This document shows positions 14,414-15,576 of a DNA stretch of 15,576 nt, one piece after another. Under the pieces are notes generated by a model. That model worked only from the letters and a program-made list of their open reading frames with translations, was not told the origin of the DNA and did not search any database. The position numbers and the translations under genes were made by a program. This DNA comes from Candidatus Methylomirabilia bacterium. GTDB taxonomy: Bacteria; Methylomirabilota; Methylomirabilia; Rokubacteriales; CSP1-6. The stretch lies in assembly GCA_041492755.1 (NCBI GenBank), contig JBGPXN010000102.1:1-15576 (forward strand), written 5' to 3'. Within the stretch, counting starts at the first letter, position 1; each line of letters starts with the position of its first letter.

Positions 14414-15473
14414 TCGCCTTCGGTGTCAGCGCCGCGAGCTTCTCAGCGGCCTCGCGGAGATCGCTCTCGCTGACGATCGCGTAGCGGCGATACACGGCCT
14501 CGGTCTTGTGCCTGGTCATCTTCATCGCCGTCGAGCGCGAGACGCCGGCGCGCTCAAGGTTGCGGACGGCACTTCGACGGAAGTCGTGCAGCAGGCGGCC
14601 GGGGATCCCCGCCTTGCGACACGCAGTTCTCCAGGAGCGCCGCATCGATCGAATCGGCCGGCCGGCCCGATGGAAGATGAACGGGATGATGCGGCTCTGG
14701 GCCCGCTCGCAGCGCTTGGTGACGTCGAGCCGGCGCTCGAGCAGCGCGCGCAGCTCCGGCGTCAACGGGAAGGCCCGGCCCTCCCGGTTCTTCGTCGTCC
14801 CGGGCTCAAGGCGGACGAACCCGCCCGCCCAATCCACCTGTGTCCAGGTCAGGGAGAAGACCTCGGAGACGCTACGCCATCCCGTCACGAACATGAAGCA
14901 CGCCGCGTCGGCCTCGTCGGTCTTGAGGTGGCGGCACACCGCCGTGAGGTGGTCGCGCTCCAGGAAGCCGGAGCGGACGTTGTCCTCCTTCAGCGTCGTA
15001 ATCGGCGGCACGAAGGCGAGCACGCCGTTCTGGAGCGCGAGCCGATAGGCGCGGCGGAGCGCCGCGAGTTCCCGGTTCACCGTGGCCGGCGCGGCCATTT
15101 CTCCCGTCCGGAGGTCGGCGTACTTCGTGATGTCGGCGCCGGTCACGGAACCCGCGGCCCGGCCGGCGAAGTACCGGAGCAGGTGCCGGCGTGAGAGATC
15201 GGCACGCCCGACACTGCGCCGACCGTTGAGCCGGTACTCGGCGAGCAGGTTGTCCAGCAGCGCATCGACGGCGACGCGCCGAGGGTCCGGAAGCGGCGGC
15301 GCGCCGCGGTCTCGCTGGGCGAGCTGCTCGCGGAGCAGGGTGTCCGCCACGGCGCGCTCTCTGCTTCCCGACGTTCGCCAGTGCGGGCGGCCGCTCGCAT
15401 CGAACCACTTCATCCACCACATCCGGCCGCGTCTGTAGAGATGCCCGCTCCCGCGCCTCGCCCGTCGCGCCAT
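14385..15473 (-). CDS. Phage-type tyrosine recombinase/integrase (362 aa)
   Basis: N-terminal arm-binding-like segment (GSGHLYRRGRMWWMKW), ATVNREL, catalytic R (TGWR), K (TKN), HDFRR, H (TRHKT) and Y (YRRY). GGAGG upstream of ATG 15473. Confidence 0.95.
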   Translation of the reverse strand: MARRARRGSGHLYRRGRMWWMKWFDASGRPHWRTSGSRERAVADTLLREQLAQRDRGAPPLPDPRRVAVDALLDNLLAEYRLNGRRSVGRADLSRRHLLRYFAGRAAGSVTGADITKYADLRTGEMAAPATVNRELAALRRAYRLALQNGVLAFVPPITTLKEDNVRSGFLERDHLTAVCRHLKTDEADAACFMFVTGWRSVSEVFSLTWTQVDWAGGFVRLEPGTTKNREGRAFPLTPELRALLERRLDVTKRCERAQSRIIPFIFHRAGRPIRSMRRSWRTACRKAGIPGRLLHDFRRSAVRNLERAGVSRSTAMKMTRHKTEAVYRRYAIVSESDLREAAEKLAALTPKANGDSLRGVR

Positions 15474-15507
15474 CGCCCGCGCCCTCCGTGATCCGATCGT
15501 GCGCGGG

Positions 15508-15536
15508 ATGGTGGCACCAGCGGGCCCGGCGTTCAA
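15508..15536 (-). promoter_or_regulatory. Candidate sigma70 promoter of the integrase
   Basis: TTGAAC-N17-CACCAT with TG at the extended -10 position, 34 nt upstream of the ATG. Confidence 0.35.
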
Positions 15537-15576
15537 CGCGCTTCCTTCTGTGGCCGGACACGGGATGTGATATCCG

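Larger units (their letters stand above)
14346..15576. mobile_element. Left end of an integrative element (prophage/island) inserted at tRNA-Arg(TCT)
   Basis: A phage-type integrase ends 39 nt from the tRNA 3' end, with arm-like direct repeats at the junction. The distal att copy is outside the window. Confidence 0.75.

Overview
High-GC bacterial chromosomal segment; the repeat style and gene set suggest a Ca. Rokubacteria-like organism, which is inference only. The left end (1-~1960) is a decayed integron. It holds a C-terminal, frameshifted intI remnant in the same orientation as its cassettes, a divergent GGDEF cassette closed by a textbook 72-bp attC, and a second unannotated cassette ORF that runs off the window. 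Next to the intI remnant is a 959-aa TIR-transmembrane-14xWD40 protein with a Toll-receptor-like topology. It is divergent from a three-gene glycan acetylation/deacetylation operon: an HGSNAT-like membrane acetyltransferase with a ~95-aa insertion beside its catalytic His, a CE4 deacetylase and an SGNH protein. Then come a phosphodiester glycosidase and the core amidase-rph-rdgB genes, with ~88-bp palindromic repeats that supply the rdgB start codon. After these lie a glycine-zipper gene with sigma54-like promoters, tRNA-Pro(TGG), a small secreted His/Cys protein, DUF488 and tRNA-Arg(TCT). A phage-type tyrosine integrase marks an integrated element that continues past the right edge. All calls come from motif recognition by eye; no searches were run.
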